Positions 1 through 13,674 are shown, numbered from the stretch's first letter. The stretch: DNA of 64,000 bases from Takakia lepidozioides (GCA_030704615.1 CM060731.1:92504001-92568000); one strand, 5' to 3'. The notes: generated from the sequence alone by a model not told the origin. A program made the numbers and translations.

Positions 1-820
1 GTAATACAATATCAATCAAAATTTGTTCAATGGCTCAACGGATGGTTGCCTATCCAAATGATTTTGGTTCGCTTTGAGACTTTGTCGGTATGTTCAATGT
101 ACCATCTAACAGGTCCCAGAGTAATAGGAGATCAATCGAAATTCGTTCAATGGCTCAACGGATGGTTGCCTATCCAAATGATTTTGGTTCGCTTTGAGAC
201 TTTGCCAGTATGTTCAATGTACCATCTGACAGGTCCCAGAGTAATATGACATCAAACGAAATTTGTTCAATGGGCCAATGAGGCGTTCACCTGTCATCCA
301 ATTTTGTTCATTGGGAAAAAGAAATCCTCTCATGGGTGAACGGCTATTGCACCCATTGAACGGATGTGGTTGAAGCCCAATTTTTGCCCACATGTGCTTG
401 AATATGTGTGCAACACATGTGCGGAGATACAATAGAAGAAACAAACATTTGTCTTCCCAACGATGCGCTTACCTTCAACCAATTTAGAATTAAATTGAAT
501 TGACAACCAACATGTAGCCTAGTGGTAATGGGCACATACCACGTTGGATGTGGTTGTGGGTTCAAACCATAGTCTGGAGTGTCATGAAGGTGTCCACCTT
601 CCTAGCGGAAGGCAGTAGCCCTTCGGGGTGAAGTGACTCCATAAGTTACGCTTCCTTCGAGAGGCGTCATACTTTACTTTTCTTTACTATACTTTAAATT
701 GAATTTAAATAATTAGGTTTACACTGTCTTTGATTGGGGGTTTATGCTACGTAATGATTCTATTTTTGACTCAATTTGTTCTGTGGCTTCAACCCTCACA
801 CCGCTACATCAGCCTTCACA
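1..820. repeat. Dispersed repeat with ~120-bp tandem units (1-120, 121-240, partial 241-300); same family as 52640-53395 in opposite orientation
   Basis: Units are near-identical (TTCAATGGCTCAACGGATGGTTGCCTATCCAAATG...). 415-500 and 706-820 are reverse-complement matches to ~53185-53395. Confidence 0.85.
502..693 (+). mobile_element. tRNA-derived SINE (copy 1)
   Basis: A-box TAGCCTAGTGG (515-525), B-box GGTTCAAACC (559-568), TACTT-like tail, perfect 12-bp TSD TTAAATTGAATT (490-501/694-705). The paralogous host repeat near 53300 shows the empty site. Confidence 0.85.
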
Positions 821-1059
821 TCCAACAAAAAAAACATACCCACTTAGAAGACCTGCAAACAGTCTTCAAATCTACATACACACAAGCTGGAAGAGATAAT
901 GTATTCACCAGAGTGAGGAATGACGACAATGTCTCCCAAGTCGGGGACTTCTCCACGTGATGCCATCATGTCCATGAAGCCTTCGTTCATTGTCTTGTGT
1001 TGGAATTAAGTAGCAACACCTCTGCCAGGGTTAGGAAGGGCCTCGTATGGCCGGTCACA

Positions 1060-1460
1060 CTGAGCAGGCCCCTTTGACCCCCTTTGAGCCCTACCTTGTC
1101 CAGAAGCTGAAGTCTGAACGTGATTAGCCTCTTTTTCTTTTTCCTTCTTCTGTCCTTTTTCTTCGGGCTCTAACTCACCACCGGTTCCTTTGCTTTCAAA
1201 ACCCGGAGATCTCTCAATTGCAGCTGTCTATCTGTTAGAGGAGTAAGAGCCTCCGCATTGTCATTCAAGTGCCGAAGGACGTTCTCCTCCCATGGTGTTG
1301 ATTCTTTGGGGCAATTTAGGTACCAGCCACAGTCTTTCAAATGAGATTTGCTCCAGTCCTCCAAAATACCGGCTGAGTACATAGTTGTGTCAGAATTTGT
1401 CTTTGCCCAGCTATCGATGAAGAATGGGTAGGAGCTCAGAAAACCGCCAGGCGAAAGCAC
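1060..1460 (-). pseudogene. Exon relic of the cargo gene of the older (outer) Mutator-like element
   Basis: DTTMYSAGILEDWSKSHLKDCGWYLNCP aligns with DSMYTDVMVKEWHLEHLHDCPWYVDLP of ORF 17923-18372; both are followed by a Lys-rich tract. Confidence 0.7.
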
Positions 1461-1584
1461 TCCGTGGATATACTTGCGATGAAAGCAAACAGAAAATCAC
1501 CAGAAGCCAATCACATACTGATATTAGAACATCCAGCATATCTATTCGTGTTGTGGAATAAACACATTGCAAACACAGGCTGGA

Positions 1585-1800
1585 ATCATGCTTGCGTCAA
1601 CGCAAGCCTGATCCGAGGTTTGAGAGAAGTCCCCTCACCCACACTGCCCACTGTCCGTATTCATGCTTTCGTCAACGCAAGCATGAATACGCATGTTGCA
1701 TGAATACATGGTGGAAATATTACATAAAATTCCACTCTTGGTCAGGCTTGCGTTAATGCAAGCCTGAACCCTGGTCTGAAACCAGTCCCCTTTCCTACAT
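1585..1800. repeat. Palindromic CTTGCGTYAAYGCAAG repeats (intron of outer element, left part)
   Basis: Three copies. The unit GCTTGCGTTAATGCAAGCCTGAACCCTGGTCTGAAACCAGTCCCCTTT recurs at 30990-31375. Confidence 0.8.
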
Positions 1801-3314
1801 TCTTTCCCCAATCCAAGGAAAAGGCAAACCCTAGGTCTCACATCCCAGGACTTCAAGGACTCCAAAAAGGGGGGCTGCTATTTCATGAGTGGCATGAGCA
1901 TGAGCGGAAAAAAAAAACATGAGCGGACCATTGTGTGTCCACGGAAATAGGGTCATGTGAAGTTGGAATGTGGCACCAGTGGACTCGTCATAGCAATGAA
2001 ATGCAACATTTTATTGCAAGTTTTGTGGCAAGCCACATCTATACAAGTGTGTCCTAACTGTCATAGCCGGAATGGGCACTACTCTCCTACACCCTCCGAG
2101 ATAGTTGCCCCACCTTCCTCCTCATCCCCCTCATCCTCTGAGCTGTGAGATGCATCAGTTCCACTATGCCTCTAAAAAATATCGTCCTCTCCTTGGGGGA
2201 CTGTCCACCTCACCTCCTGGGAATCTTCTACCTCTTCTCCCCCACTTTCCTAACCAGAATCCAAGACAAATCTACGAGCATGACGAGCTCTAATAGCTGC
2301 TGCCTCCTCCCTCATCTTCATTTTCCTGAGGCTTGCCTCGTCTAAAATCTGCTGTACACGACTAGGTTCGGAGGACCTCCTAATGGACACCGAAGCAAGC
2401 CGGGTAGCATAAGTAGGAAGGATGTAGTCCCTTTCTGGACTCGGCATGAAATCCCCCCTGGCAAAAAAATGCACGTTCCTCCTGCCCATGAACTGCGGTA
2501 TAGACGTCCCTCCTGCAGTACTTGGCATCCTACACTAGGAGCATTCGTGTCTTTTCCGATTCGACTGCATGTCCGCGACCACTCCGGGAACAACTTGGTA
2601 GTAAACGGGACTACTGGAGAGTCGAAACAGACAATGTGGGCCCACGGGGGCATTTCAGACGGCGGACAGAAGTGGGGTCAACGACTCCGGAGTCGTAGCA
2701 GAATTCCGGGCTATTTTACGAATTGCGTAAATACATAAAATTTGAAAAAGCCAAAATTACAAGTGGTTGTAATTACTGCACATGCGACTACAAATTTTCT
2801 TTCCTAATTCGATTAATGGAATAAAGATATTTATTCATTAAAGTGAATATGTAGTCGACACAACGACTCCATGAACCATTGCGCATTCATTGCACCCATG
2901 ACTCGGCAGCACATTTGCTGACGTGGCTTTCACAAAAAGAGGTAAACAAAATGTGGCCTTGGGGGAATAGATATTTTAATACGTGATGCCTCCACCTGGC
3001 AGAGACAAGGATGCAAGTGCTGCGTCGGACATGGCGGGACGTGGGAATGGAAATCCTGACACGGCAAGGCCTTCGTATACTGTGAGCGCGCGTAGTGGCT
3101 TCTCAGAACGGTGTGACATCGGGGTCTTGGTCATTCATCATTTACAGAATGTGCTGGATGGAGGCACGATGGAGCGCGCATACGGGCATGCCCTTCTGGC
3201 ATCAATTCCCAAGTATCCACGCAAGGTGAAACTGCTGAATTGGGTTTTTGCCCGTCTAGTTTTCTGACAGCATGCTCGAAACGTTCATAGTGCCATTGAT
3301 TGGCATCGCAATAA

Positions 3315-4016
3315 TTTGATGTGTAGCTGCTTTTCCATTTCACAAGTTATGCAGAAGGCGTCACAGAAAAAGATCGCAAAGACGTCAAGGCTGAAGAATA
3401 TGCCCTTTGGTTGTGAACTACAATCATATCATGCCAAACCCCATTTTCCCCACGCAGATGAGGGAGACATTCTGCATTTGCGAGTGGGACTTAATTCCTC
3501 TAAACCCAACTTGAAGGCAGTTGTGACACCAGAGAAACTGGAAACTACCTCCAAGAAAGTTGAAACTCGCAAGATAGTCATGTATTCGTCTCATTATCTC
3601 CAACTGGGATTCCGAGTTATCATCTGACCCTTTACATGTGCGCTGGAATGGAGTATAATTCTGGTTTAGGCAGTTATTGCCACCAGACGTTCGCTTCTCC
3701 AATTTTTACATTTAAGGACGTGTCTGTGTTTATGGCACTCTTTCTCCCAAGGAGGCCTGAGTACCCCCCTGTACTTGCAAGAATTTGATGTGTAGCTGCT
3801 TTTCCCTTTCATAAATTATGAAGAAGCAGTCACAGAAGAAGATCGCAAAGAGGTCAAGGCTGAAAGCGTTCATTAAGGTTGTGAACTACAATCATATCAT
3901 GCCAAACCAGCGGCGACAGATGGTGTCATGAGACATTCTGCGATTTGCGCATAGGTGGACTTAATTTTGATGTTGACTTGAAGGCAGTTGTGACACCAGT
4001 GAAACTGGAAACTACA
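3315..4016. repeat. Diverged direct duplication (~235 bp) inside the CACTA: 3315-3548 and 3783-4016
   Basis: TTTGATGTGTAGCTGCTTTTCC...GAAACTGGAAACTAC occurs twice. Confidence 0.8.
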
Positions 4017-4921
4017 GGTTAGATGATGGCGTGCTGCATCGCGACATAAACCTGCATTTGACATTCAGGCTTAGGATTCATGCAATTTGGTGCTAGTCAG
4101 GCCTGCACAGTTCCAGAGCACAAGTGGGAGCCCATCCGAGGGATGGGGACCTCGTAAGTGCTTCTTCATTTTGTACTCACCTTGTTTTTGCATCGCACTT
4201 GTGCTACAAGGGGCAGAGCCATTCATTTGGCTGGAGGTTCAATTCCTCTACAAGTGAGCTATTCCCGTGTCACTACAATCAGTTAGATGTGTTTGTGGTG
4301 GTTGCTGGATTTGCGGCTCTGGGGTGTCTTGCCAAGTGCTTGCAGGGATCAACGTTAATGTGGACGTGGCAGTACATGTAGCAAAAAAGCTCATTCACTG
4401 GTGAAGAAGACCATGTTGCAACATATGTCATGCTATTGCTTCGAGAGTGCTGCTGTTGGGCAGGTGGGAGAATGCAACAACGGTGAGAAAGAAAGCAAGG
4501 GAAGCACAAAAAGGTGTCATTCGGTCCTGCTCCTTTGGAGACACCCCCCATTCCACTGGTCTTTGTTCCTGGAAAGCATGCAGCTGGGCCAGAAAATGCA
4601 TGCACACATTCACGTCTACTTCCCGTACATGAAGACGATCATCTCCTCACATGTCAGAAACAATATTGGCAGAACAAAAAAAGGTTTGTTCACAAGACAG
4701 TACGGACCACATACCGGGACATTATCGATACTATTAACTGTCTCGCCCTTGCGCGCTTGCAGGACTGTACAAAATGGGTTCTAAGGACAGTAAGAGTCCT
4801 TAGCATAGCTCTCGTCTATGAGCTGCTGGCTTAATGGACACTGAGATTCAGCTGGGCTCACTATCTATATCCAAATAATCTTCCCCTTCACTACCCACAT
4901 CTGCAATTTGCCTTGCGGTAA

Positions 4922-7900
4922 TTACCAACCCTGGAATGTCTTCCTCATTAAAGGTAACTGCTCCTTCCAAAGAGACTGGTTCGGCCGTATCTGGTAGATT
5001 TGTGGTTCCCTCAGACCCTCGTGGTCGACATTCTCCCCTAGGTCCAGATCATGGACGTCAGCCACGACTCGTTTGGCCCGGGGGTCCTTGTGAAGAACCA
5101 CCTTCCATCCCGGCGCATGGGTGTCATCTGAAAAGAAAACTTGCTCAACTTGCGATGGGAAGAGGAATGGCTCTTCATCTTGTGGTAGCATTTTTCTGAA
5201 ATCAGCAAGGAGGAACCCGTACTCATCCCGTTTCATGGTGGCATTCTCTCCTACCATATTGGCTTTTACCCAAGAACAACGGAATAGAATTGGCTTCACA
5301 AGACCATAGTCTAGTTTAAGGATCTCTTTGATCACTCCTACATATTGCACATGGCATGAAATTGGATTCTGATCTCGTGCACAGCTCCTACTCTCTTGTT
5401 CAAAAAATGATGCCACTCCGCTGTCATAAGTCACCAGGAGGCTGGTGTTGGCATCGTCCACTCTATAGTGATTGCCATATGCTTTCATTGACCGGTACGA
5501 AGTGGCAATCAGCCCTGGGGGGAATGACAGACTCACCATGCCCTCATCTGGGTCCTCGTTCTCTGATGCGTACACTGCAATTGCAGATCTGACCCACACT
5601 GTAAAGGGCTGCAGCTCCTCCATTGTTGTGGGGTACTCCACCGGGGATCTGCGCCTACGACCGCCCCTCCGCCATGCTTTTGCAAATGCACTCCGTTCCG
5701 TTTTCAGGCGGACCTTCTCCGCTGCGTACTTTCTGGCAGAAACCAAATAGAAGCTGCAACTCAGTCCCCCTGACCAACACCGTGCTGTACATGCATGCCA
5801 CATGCAGAGTGTGTGTCCTTTCAAGCACACTGTAGTGATGCAGCCTACTTCATAATCACTTGCAAGCAACAACCAAGATCTACGAAACACCCTCTGTAGT
5901 CGTCTGAAGCACCCTGTTAGTACACGATCCCACTCCCATAGTGGCCGGAATGACTTGTGACAATATATATGTAATTCCAGCATACAAAGACCATTAAGAA
6001 TAGCACAGGAGGGATGTAAGTTGGCACCCACTGTCTCCATGGTGTCATGGTTGTTGTGTTGTTCAGCACATAATCATGTGCCACATCCCGAAGGCGCGGG
6101 CTCATGGCACGCTTTGTTCCACCACCTTCTAGGACCTCGCCTACAACTCCTTCTTCCTCGTTCTCGTCCCACACCCGTCGTTGTATTGCATCAAATGAAG
6201 ACATATACTTTGTCATGAAGCCCAGGGCTTCGTCGCGGATGTAGCCCTCCGCCATACTCCCCTCTGGCCGTGCCATTTTGCGTACATACCCCTTCAGATC
6301 CTTCATGTACCTCTCCATGGGGTACATCCACCGGCTGGCTACGGGCCCACACACATGCAACTCCTCTACAAGATGCACTAGCAAGTGCGTCATGACGTCA
6401 AAGAATGATGGAGGGAATTCTTTCTCCAGCAAACATAGGGTCATAGCCACATCCTCATGCAACGATGTAATGTCCCTCGGATCCCACACCTTCGCACAAA
6501 TCTTCCTAAACACTCGACTTACACGCATTATGGCTGTTCGAGGACCTGGCGCCATCGTACCCCGAATGCACACTGGCAAAATCTGTTGCATCATCACGTG
6601 TAGATCATCATCCCCGACCATTTCTTGTTTATGGCATGCTTTTGGAAAGCACCCGAGAATCCGGTTGGCACTTTCATGGCTCCCAATGTCTTCAAAAAAT
6701 CCTCTTGCTCTGATTTGGTCAGGACGTATGATGCTGCTGGCATGAGCACTTTGCCTGGTCTATTTGGATCAGGCCTTAGCCACAGATGTGACCGTATCCC
6801 TTCAATCTCCATGTCCTTTCGTACGTTTATCGTATCCTTCTCCCCAAAGATAGTCTTCAGAATGTTCTCGCAGAAGTTCTTCTCACAATGCATGGGGTCC
6901 AGGAGGTACCGCTGCAAGAGGTTCTGAAATGCCAAATGTCCTCCCATGAGACCAAGTTCTATGGGCAAAAAAAGTAGAATATGTGGCAGAAGTTGTCCAT
7001 GTTACTACATTCTGCTTTCAACAACTCCACGATCCTCTCCACAGTGAGGTGTACGACTTCAACATCTACTGCATAGTAGTTACACTGACTTAGGAGTTGG
7101 TGGAAGGACTCCTGACAGTAAAGGTAATTCCAGGAAGCACAATGTGAAAGAAAGTGAGTGAATGGGGGGGGGGGGGATTCATGCACCTTCCAGTATGGCA
7201 AATCCCAAAGGATTGTCCGGCGCTTCACCCCGTGCTCCATGGCTGGATCCGCACTACTTCCGTCTCTCCCTCCAATCTCCATGAACGCCTCTTTCTCCTT
7301 TGCAAATTGCAATGTCTCCTCCGGTGTCACAACATTTGGTGCCATTCTCTTTTCAACACATCCATTGAAGTGCCTTCCTGCTCGTCGGTAGGGGTGGTTT
7401 CTTGCAAGGTAACGTCGATGCCCCATGTATATTGTCTTCCCTAGTGGCTTTGAGTGCCGTGAATCCACATAGGGCCCACAAATGGGGCACCCTTTGTAGC
7501 CCTTCGTCTTGCAACCCGCAACAAGGCCATATGCGGGGAAATCGTGGATTGACCACATGAGTATGGCACGGAGGGTGAAACTCCGTTGCCCTACTGGTTT
7601 CAAAATGTCGTAAGCTTCAACTCCAATCCATAGTTCCTGTAGCTCTTCAATCAATGGTTGCAAATACACATCTATGTTTGCATTTGTCACGGACTCCTTG
7701 CCTGGAATCAAGAGAGACAACATGACAAAGAATTTCTTTGTTGTCAACCATGGTGGCAGGTTGTATGCCACCAACTGCACGGGCCATGTGGACCATGTGC
7801 AACTCTTTGATCCGTATGGGTTTACTCCATCCGTAGATACAGCCAATCGCACATTGCGTGGGTCCTCGGCAAAATCGGGCCAAGTTGCATCTATATGCTT

Positions 7901-8390
7901 CCATGCAAGGGAATCTGGGACATGCCTTACCAAACCATCGTTTGAGGCATTCCTGGAATGCCAAGTCATGAGCTCACTAATGGTCTTGCATTTGTACATT
8001 CGTAATAGACGGGGGATAAGGGGAAAGTGCCTCAACACCTTGGCTGGCTGTTGTAACCTGCCCACATCATGGTATCGGGCTGCACCGCATTTGGGGCACT
8101 CCATAGCATCCTTGTACTCTCTTCTGAAAAGTACATGTCCTTTTGGACATGCATGTATTTTCACGTAGTTGAGGCCGAGCTTCCCAATCATTTGGTTGGC
8201 CATGTGACAGCTTTTTGGCATTTCATTTGGTTGTGGAAGCAAGTTCAGCCGAAGCAAAGAGAACAACTCGTCCACAAAATGGTCTGAGACACCGTGGGTT
8301 GTGCACAGGTTCATCAACAGCATGGTGGCAGCAAGCTTTGTGGATTTGCATCCCTCGTACAGTGGCACACATGCTTCTTCTAGTGTCATG
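4922..8390 (-). pseudogene. CACTA TnpD/Tnp2 transposase (Transposase_21 + DUF4218 + DUF4216), spliced and frameshifted
   Basis: Motifs PLYEG, KIHACP, PRNVRLAVSTDGVNPY, YNLPPW, IHDFPAYG, DPMHCEKN, FPPSFFDVMTHLLVHL, WMYPMERYM, RPEGSMAEGY, DEPFLFPSQVEQVFF across ORFs 6959-8644, 6594-6968, 5917-6621 and 4922-6040. The usual N-terminus upstream of ~8390 is not recognisable. Confidence 0.93.
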
Positions 8391-9834
8391 TTTGTTGAGT
8401 CCCACAAATGGCACCCCCAACGTGAGCCGCCGGCTTCAGGATGGCATGCGAAGGCACACACACCCCCTCCGTGGTGCATGCATACTGCCCTCTGGCTTTC
8501 TCTAGGTGGGGTCTGCATTGCTACACGTAAGTGTCTTGAATGCGACATCATCCGGTCACTTGCACAAGGCAGCATTGCAAGAATCTTGCTGGCAGGGCGA
8601 TGCCCATTTTTAACATGGCCGCCACACAAATGGACACGGTGCAATTGAACATTTGTTCGAACGTGATTTTGGCCTACATTCTCCTTGCAGTCAGATGTTC
8701 ACACTTCAATGCACACATTTCATACACATTCAACCATATGCCCAAGATCACAACGTCAATCAAATTGGAATTCCACGTATTCCTTACGACATCCAGGAAG
8801 TCGATTTTGGTCATTTCTCTCAAAAAGATCGGAAGCATCCTTTCAAAGAGTGTAACTTTCATCGAAATCTACCTGTCAACAAAGGACTGAACCTTTCAAA
8901 TTGAGATTTTGACTGAAATGTTTGAAATCTCTGCAAAGGAGAATTGCAACGGCGTGCACAAAACACGGTGACCCTTGCGGGACTTCCAATTAATCACCCC
9001 TGTTATGACAGGTTGTGGGAAAGAGAACCGAGCTTTCAAGGATGCCATGCCCAGCACTGATCTGAGGACGCGCTTTGAAGCATTTCACCTGCAGACAAAG
9101 ACGGGGCACACCCCCGCCTCATGTCATTGACAGGTGTTGCAGTTGCTGCTCACCGCTTCACTTGGAGATGGAGTATGTAGACAGAGTTGCATGTCGCGCA
9201 GGTACACCAAAATCTCCCATGTAACATAAACCCATTTCTCATTCATGCTTGCATGTGATCCACGGGGTATTTCCATGTTCTCCCAGCTGATGTGGGTTCG
9301 CAAATTCTCGGTGTGTAGGTGTGTGTGTGAGGACCTCAACCTGGCATGGTGCGATGGTGTCGAATGGACCCTTCTCTGCGATGGGAGAACCACTACAGTT
9401 GAGTTTGTTTTTGCTGAATCATTTGGCAGAGCACTGTGTTCACTTCTCACACATCATGCGCATTTTCTCCAAGAATGCATGTAAAGCGGAGCCATACACG
9501 CATCATTGCAGTGTGTTTCCTTCGCCTAATTTTGAACGAAAAAAAGTTAACGGATCCATGTCAGTTGTGTGAATCACTACATCTAGTTGTCTGGAGGATT
9601 GTAAGTGGTTTAGGGTTTAACGTCTCAAAGTCGAAAAGGCCATAGTGTCGGATGCACGACACGTGTTCATATTTGAAATCAACAACGGCCGGATCTTCAC
9701 TACAGATCGGGGGGTGTGTGATCACACTCCCCTCCTTGTCCTTCTTTCCTCCTTTGCATGTCTTGGTCTTCCTCGCTCGTCTTTGTCTTGGTCATGGTCT
9801 ATGTCCTCGCTCGTCTTCATCTTTGTCATGGTCT

Positions 9835-12800
9835 ATGTCCACGCCTAGTAAGAAGCGCTCGACCGCCGAGGCAGCATCACCTCCTCCCACTTCTGCACAT
9901 TCCAGCCCCGCGGTGCGAAGGAGCCCCCGCCTGGCTCGACTGAATCCGGTAGATGGCGTCGGTGCGAGAGGGAAGGCAGAGCGGTGGGCGGTCTTCGAGT
10001 TCGGATTTTGACACAAGCGAGTATAGCATGGGCGACGACGATGAGGTGGAGGACAGTTCGGAGGAAATTGCACTCCATCTGCAGAGTCTCTCCAAAAGGT
10101 GCGCAAACGGCACAAAAACCGCTGCGCATGAGGTGAGTTCTACCCCTACTTGTGTTCTTGTTTTCTGGGCGTTGAGTTCTCCTGAAACTGAAACTGGGAT
10201 GCACATATCCACAAAGTTGTTCAAACGGATGTCGTAGTATACAGGGCAGTAGAAGAAGAAGTGTTCTTCAGTTTCAATTTCCTTGCTGCGCCCTATGCAA
10301 GCTGGACATAGGCGGTCCTCCCGTTGCAGGTTTTCCCATCTGCCAGTCTCTATCCGTAGGTTGTGGAACCCACCCTGAACCGCCCCAATGCCCTCAAGAG
10401 GGAAGGAGGTAAGGGTGCTGAAAGGTAATTTGGTCTGAAGATTCTATCATCGCGGAGCACCAAGAATGTCTCTCGATAGAAGTGGAGCTTTGTTGTGAGA
10501 TTGGGTAGCATCTCTTGACATGTAATTCCATAAGCTCTCTCCGAATGAGTCTGTTGCGGTCATGTCTGATGTGATGTCCACCTCATGTGGGTTCATTGGT
10601 AATAGGAAAGCAGTAGAAAGTCCGTTACGTTTCAATAAACTGTCCACTCGAGCATACCAGGAGTTCCCGAAACCTGCAGCTTTGAGCCTCATAGATGTTG
10701 TGAGGGCCCTTGCCACTAGCCCTTTGGGTGGAAGGGCCTGCAATCTATGGAGAAAGATTGTAAGCCTGAACTGTGCCTCGGATTGCAATGGTACACATGC
10801 GAACTCTGCACCTAGGATCTGAGATGGAGTTGTGCTCCTGGCGCCAAGCATTGCTTGGAGAAAAGATGACTGTAATGGTTCCAAATTCTTTTCCCACCAG
10901 GAGACAGGGACACCAGGTGCCCAGAACTCACAACCATTGATGGTAGCAGGGCTGACGACGGTGTCAAACAACCACTTTTTGGTCGGGGGATGCCGCAGAT
11001 GTATTTGCTTGCATTTGGCGTGAAGGCGGACGGAGGCCGCCTTACCTTTAGTCAATCTGTCCAAGGCAGTGGCTGCAAAGTGAAACTTGGGGGAGTGGAT
11101 AACCAGACCTAGGTACCGGTATGATTTGACAATCTCAATTTCTGCTGGTTGAAGATGAATCTACGATCAGCCTGGCCATTGAAGACCATGATCTTGGTCT
11201 TGCTAAGATTGACTTGCATCCCATAGTCTTTGCAGAACTGTTCCAAAATTTTGAGATGGCGTTGCAGAAAGACCGGGGATTGGCCAAAAGGGCAACATCA
11301 TCAGCGTAGAGGAGATCTGATTGGGCAGAAAATGAAGTTAGGCAGAAAACATCCCTGAACATGTTTTCAATTTGTGTCATGGGGGAGGACATCGTGGAAA
11401 AACCTTCAGGTCTACCACTGTGTGCAGAGGGACTAGTTTTTAGGTCAAGGAAATGTTGCTTTGTCACGTCATTGCACCTGCGTTGGAGTACGCATTTGCT
11501 ATATGCGTTGATAACTCCAACGAGGCTAGGTCTGCAATATCCTTTCAATTGAATTGTGTCTGCACCTGTGTTTACCAACATTGAGAGTCTTTAGGCCTTT
11601 TGGGGCTCCGTTGCTGGGCTCCGCCATACAGCCATTTGCTGATTGTGTGAATAGATGTCCACTGGATATGTGCAAAACCCGGATGGATGTTCTGTTTCCT
11701 GGTAAGTTTCATGTGGTACTGATGTGAACCCGCCCACATTCTGTTTCTTCACCAATGAATGGGCTTACATGTTATGAGGACATTCTGTCCCTCTCCTTTT
11801 CAGTTTTTGGCACTTGCGCTGCAGGGGAGTGGGTTTGAGGTCAGCCAATCCATAGTTGTGGTTGTGGGATGGTTTGTGCTCTGGTGACGTTGTGTTCAGT
11901 AGGACTACAGCTGATGCACCTTGTGTGTGGGATGTTTTTGGCAGCGGAAGGGGAGTGAAGCTGCAGCAAAGCACTCACAGCCACCACACAATGCCAACCA
12001 ACACCAACCTTGGCACCCACCCCCTGCCGGATGGTCTCCACAACAGAGTGCACCATGGGGAGCCCCCCCTGCTTCGGGGTCGTGGCGCTGGCTTCCTGAT
12101 GTTGCCACGTCACAATGGGGGCCTCCCACATCTCCATACGGCCCTCCCCCCTCCGGCACACATCAGTCACCCCCACAACGTATGACGGCGCTGCTCCAGA
12201 GCATGGGGGCAGGAAACGGACATCAGAGCTGAGGAAGGAACGACGTCATGCCATGAAACAATGGGAAGGAGATGGAGAGGGAAGGGTGGCTGCAGGGCTA
12301 AAGCGCCACAAGGTGGAGGTGCATGGAAATGGAGTCATCAATGCTGGCTGCGAAGGTAAGGAACACTGGCAGCGTGATTTGCGTGGCCTGGCATTGCGTT
12401 ACCTTGACTCAAGCGTACAAGACATTGACCAGCAGTCCCAGAGTGCCATGTCAACAGTAATAGAGGGCATAAATGGAATGTACGAGTACACACCTATCCT
12501 GCCAATCGTGATTTTATAGTGAAGCAATGTGGGAAGATAATGAAAGGAGAAAGAGCAAAACTGAAAGATAAATGGGCGAAGACTGGTGTGAGGCCAATGA
12601 ACACTGAACCCGCCTATTGGGATAAGCTTGTTGCCTACTGGGAGTCCCCTCGTGGACTTGCAAAGGCTGAAGGGATGAAGCAAGCGCGTGCTTGTGTCAC
12701 GAACCCCTCGCGTTGGGGCCGGGCAGGAGTTGCAGGCCAAGCAGCCCGTTTGGTAATCTCCCTCACCCCCTTCTCATTGCTCTTACGTTGTGGCATGTTC

Positions 12801-13400
12801 TGATGGAAGAGACACCCACGAGTGGGTTTTATTGCTTGTGCAGAATTAGTTGTTATGTGATATGCAGGGCAGTGCTTTGTCCATATGCTCCTGGCATTTT
12901 GTACTGACAGTGTGTGGATGGGCAAATACAGAAAAGACGCAAAGCGCGGAGCCCGTCACTGTCCGAGCGGGGCGGAGTGCAAGAACGCTGCGACTGGCAC
13001 CCCATCAGAGTCTGTTTTGAGCCAGGTATGTTTTGAAGTCCGGTTTCCATTCATGAATCTGTTGTTGTACTAAGATTTGGTGGGTATGTGGGGCCCCCAC
13101 GCATGGTACACGAGGGGTGTTATGCCAAACCTAGCCATCTCCGAATGCCTGAAATCCTGCACATTCGGCCTCTTCTTCTGGTTTTTAACAGTACGGGTGG
13201 GTGTTTGTATGCGTAGGGAGCGGGGAACTCAATGGCAGCCCGCATCGGGGCCCTGGAGAGGCTTGCGGCTCTCTCTGCGGAGCGGGAGAGGGGAATGGAA
13301 GCACAACTGAAGAAGATAGTGGAACTCATGATGGGGCAAAAAGGGGGTGTGACGGGTGGCATTATGGAAGACCCCCCTGCTGCGACCATTGTACCTGACA
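9835..13400 (+). pseudogene. CACTA TnpA/Ptta-like (Transposase_24-like) spliced gene remnants
   Basis: YWDKLVAYWESPRGLAKAEGMKQARACVTNPSRWGRAG (12519-12750) matches the Ptta/En/Spm pattern. Likely first exon MSTPSKKRS... 9835-10132 with a GTGAGT donor; stops and frameshifts present. Confidence 0.65.
10200..11340 (-). mobile_element. 5'-truncated non-LTR retrotransposon (RT C-terminal half plus C-terminal Cys/His knuckle; RTEX/L2-like pattern)
   Basis: LLYADDVALLA, VNLSKTKIMVF, KSYRYLGL, LGARSTTPSQILGAE, and HNLRIETGRW...RLCPAC...ETEEHFFFYCPVYYDIR. Lies in an intron of the TnpA-like gene. Confidence 0.88.
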
Positions 13401-13674
13401 AGGAGGAAGTAATTGTAGTGGGTAGGGATGTGACAGAGGTCCGGGCTGTTGTTGATGATATTCACAGTGGGGGGCAGGGTCCACTCGTTGAAGAGGGAGA
13501 GGTCCAGCAAGTTGGTGGGGATGACATGGACGATGGGGGGTCATTGCTCATGATGGGGGAAAAGGGGAAGCTGTAGGGGGAGAGGGTGGTAGTTTGCCTG
13601 GTCCAGGCTGCAGGGGACCGAAACTTTGCCCTCCGGGGTGACTGTTGTCTCCCAACCCACTGAGGTGAGACCCC

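Noticed and set aside
2983-4834. Short ORFs in the left arm of the CACTA
   Set aside because: No recognisable domain or consistent exon chain.
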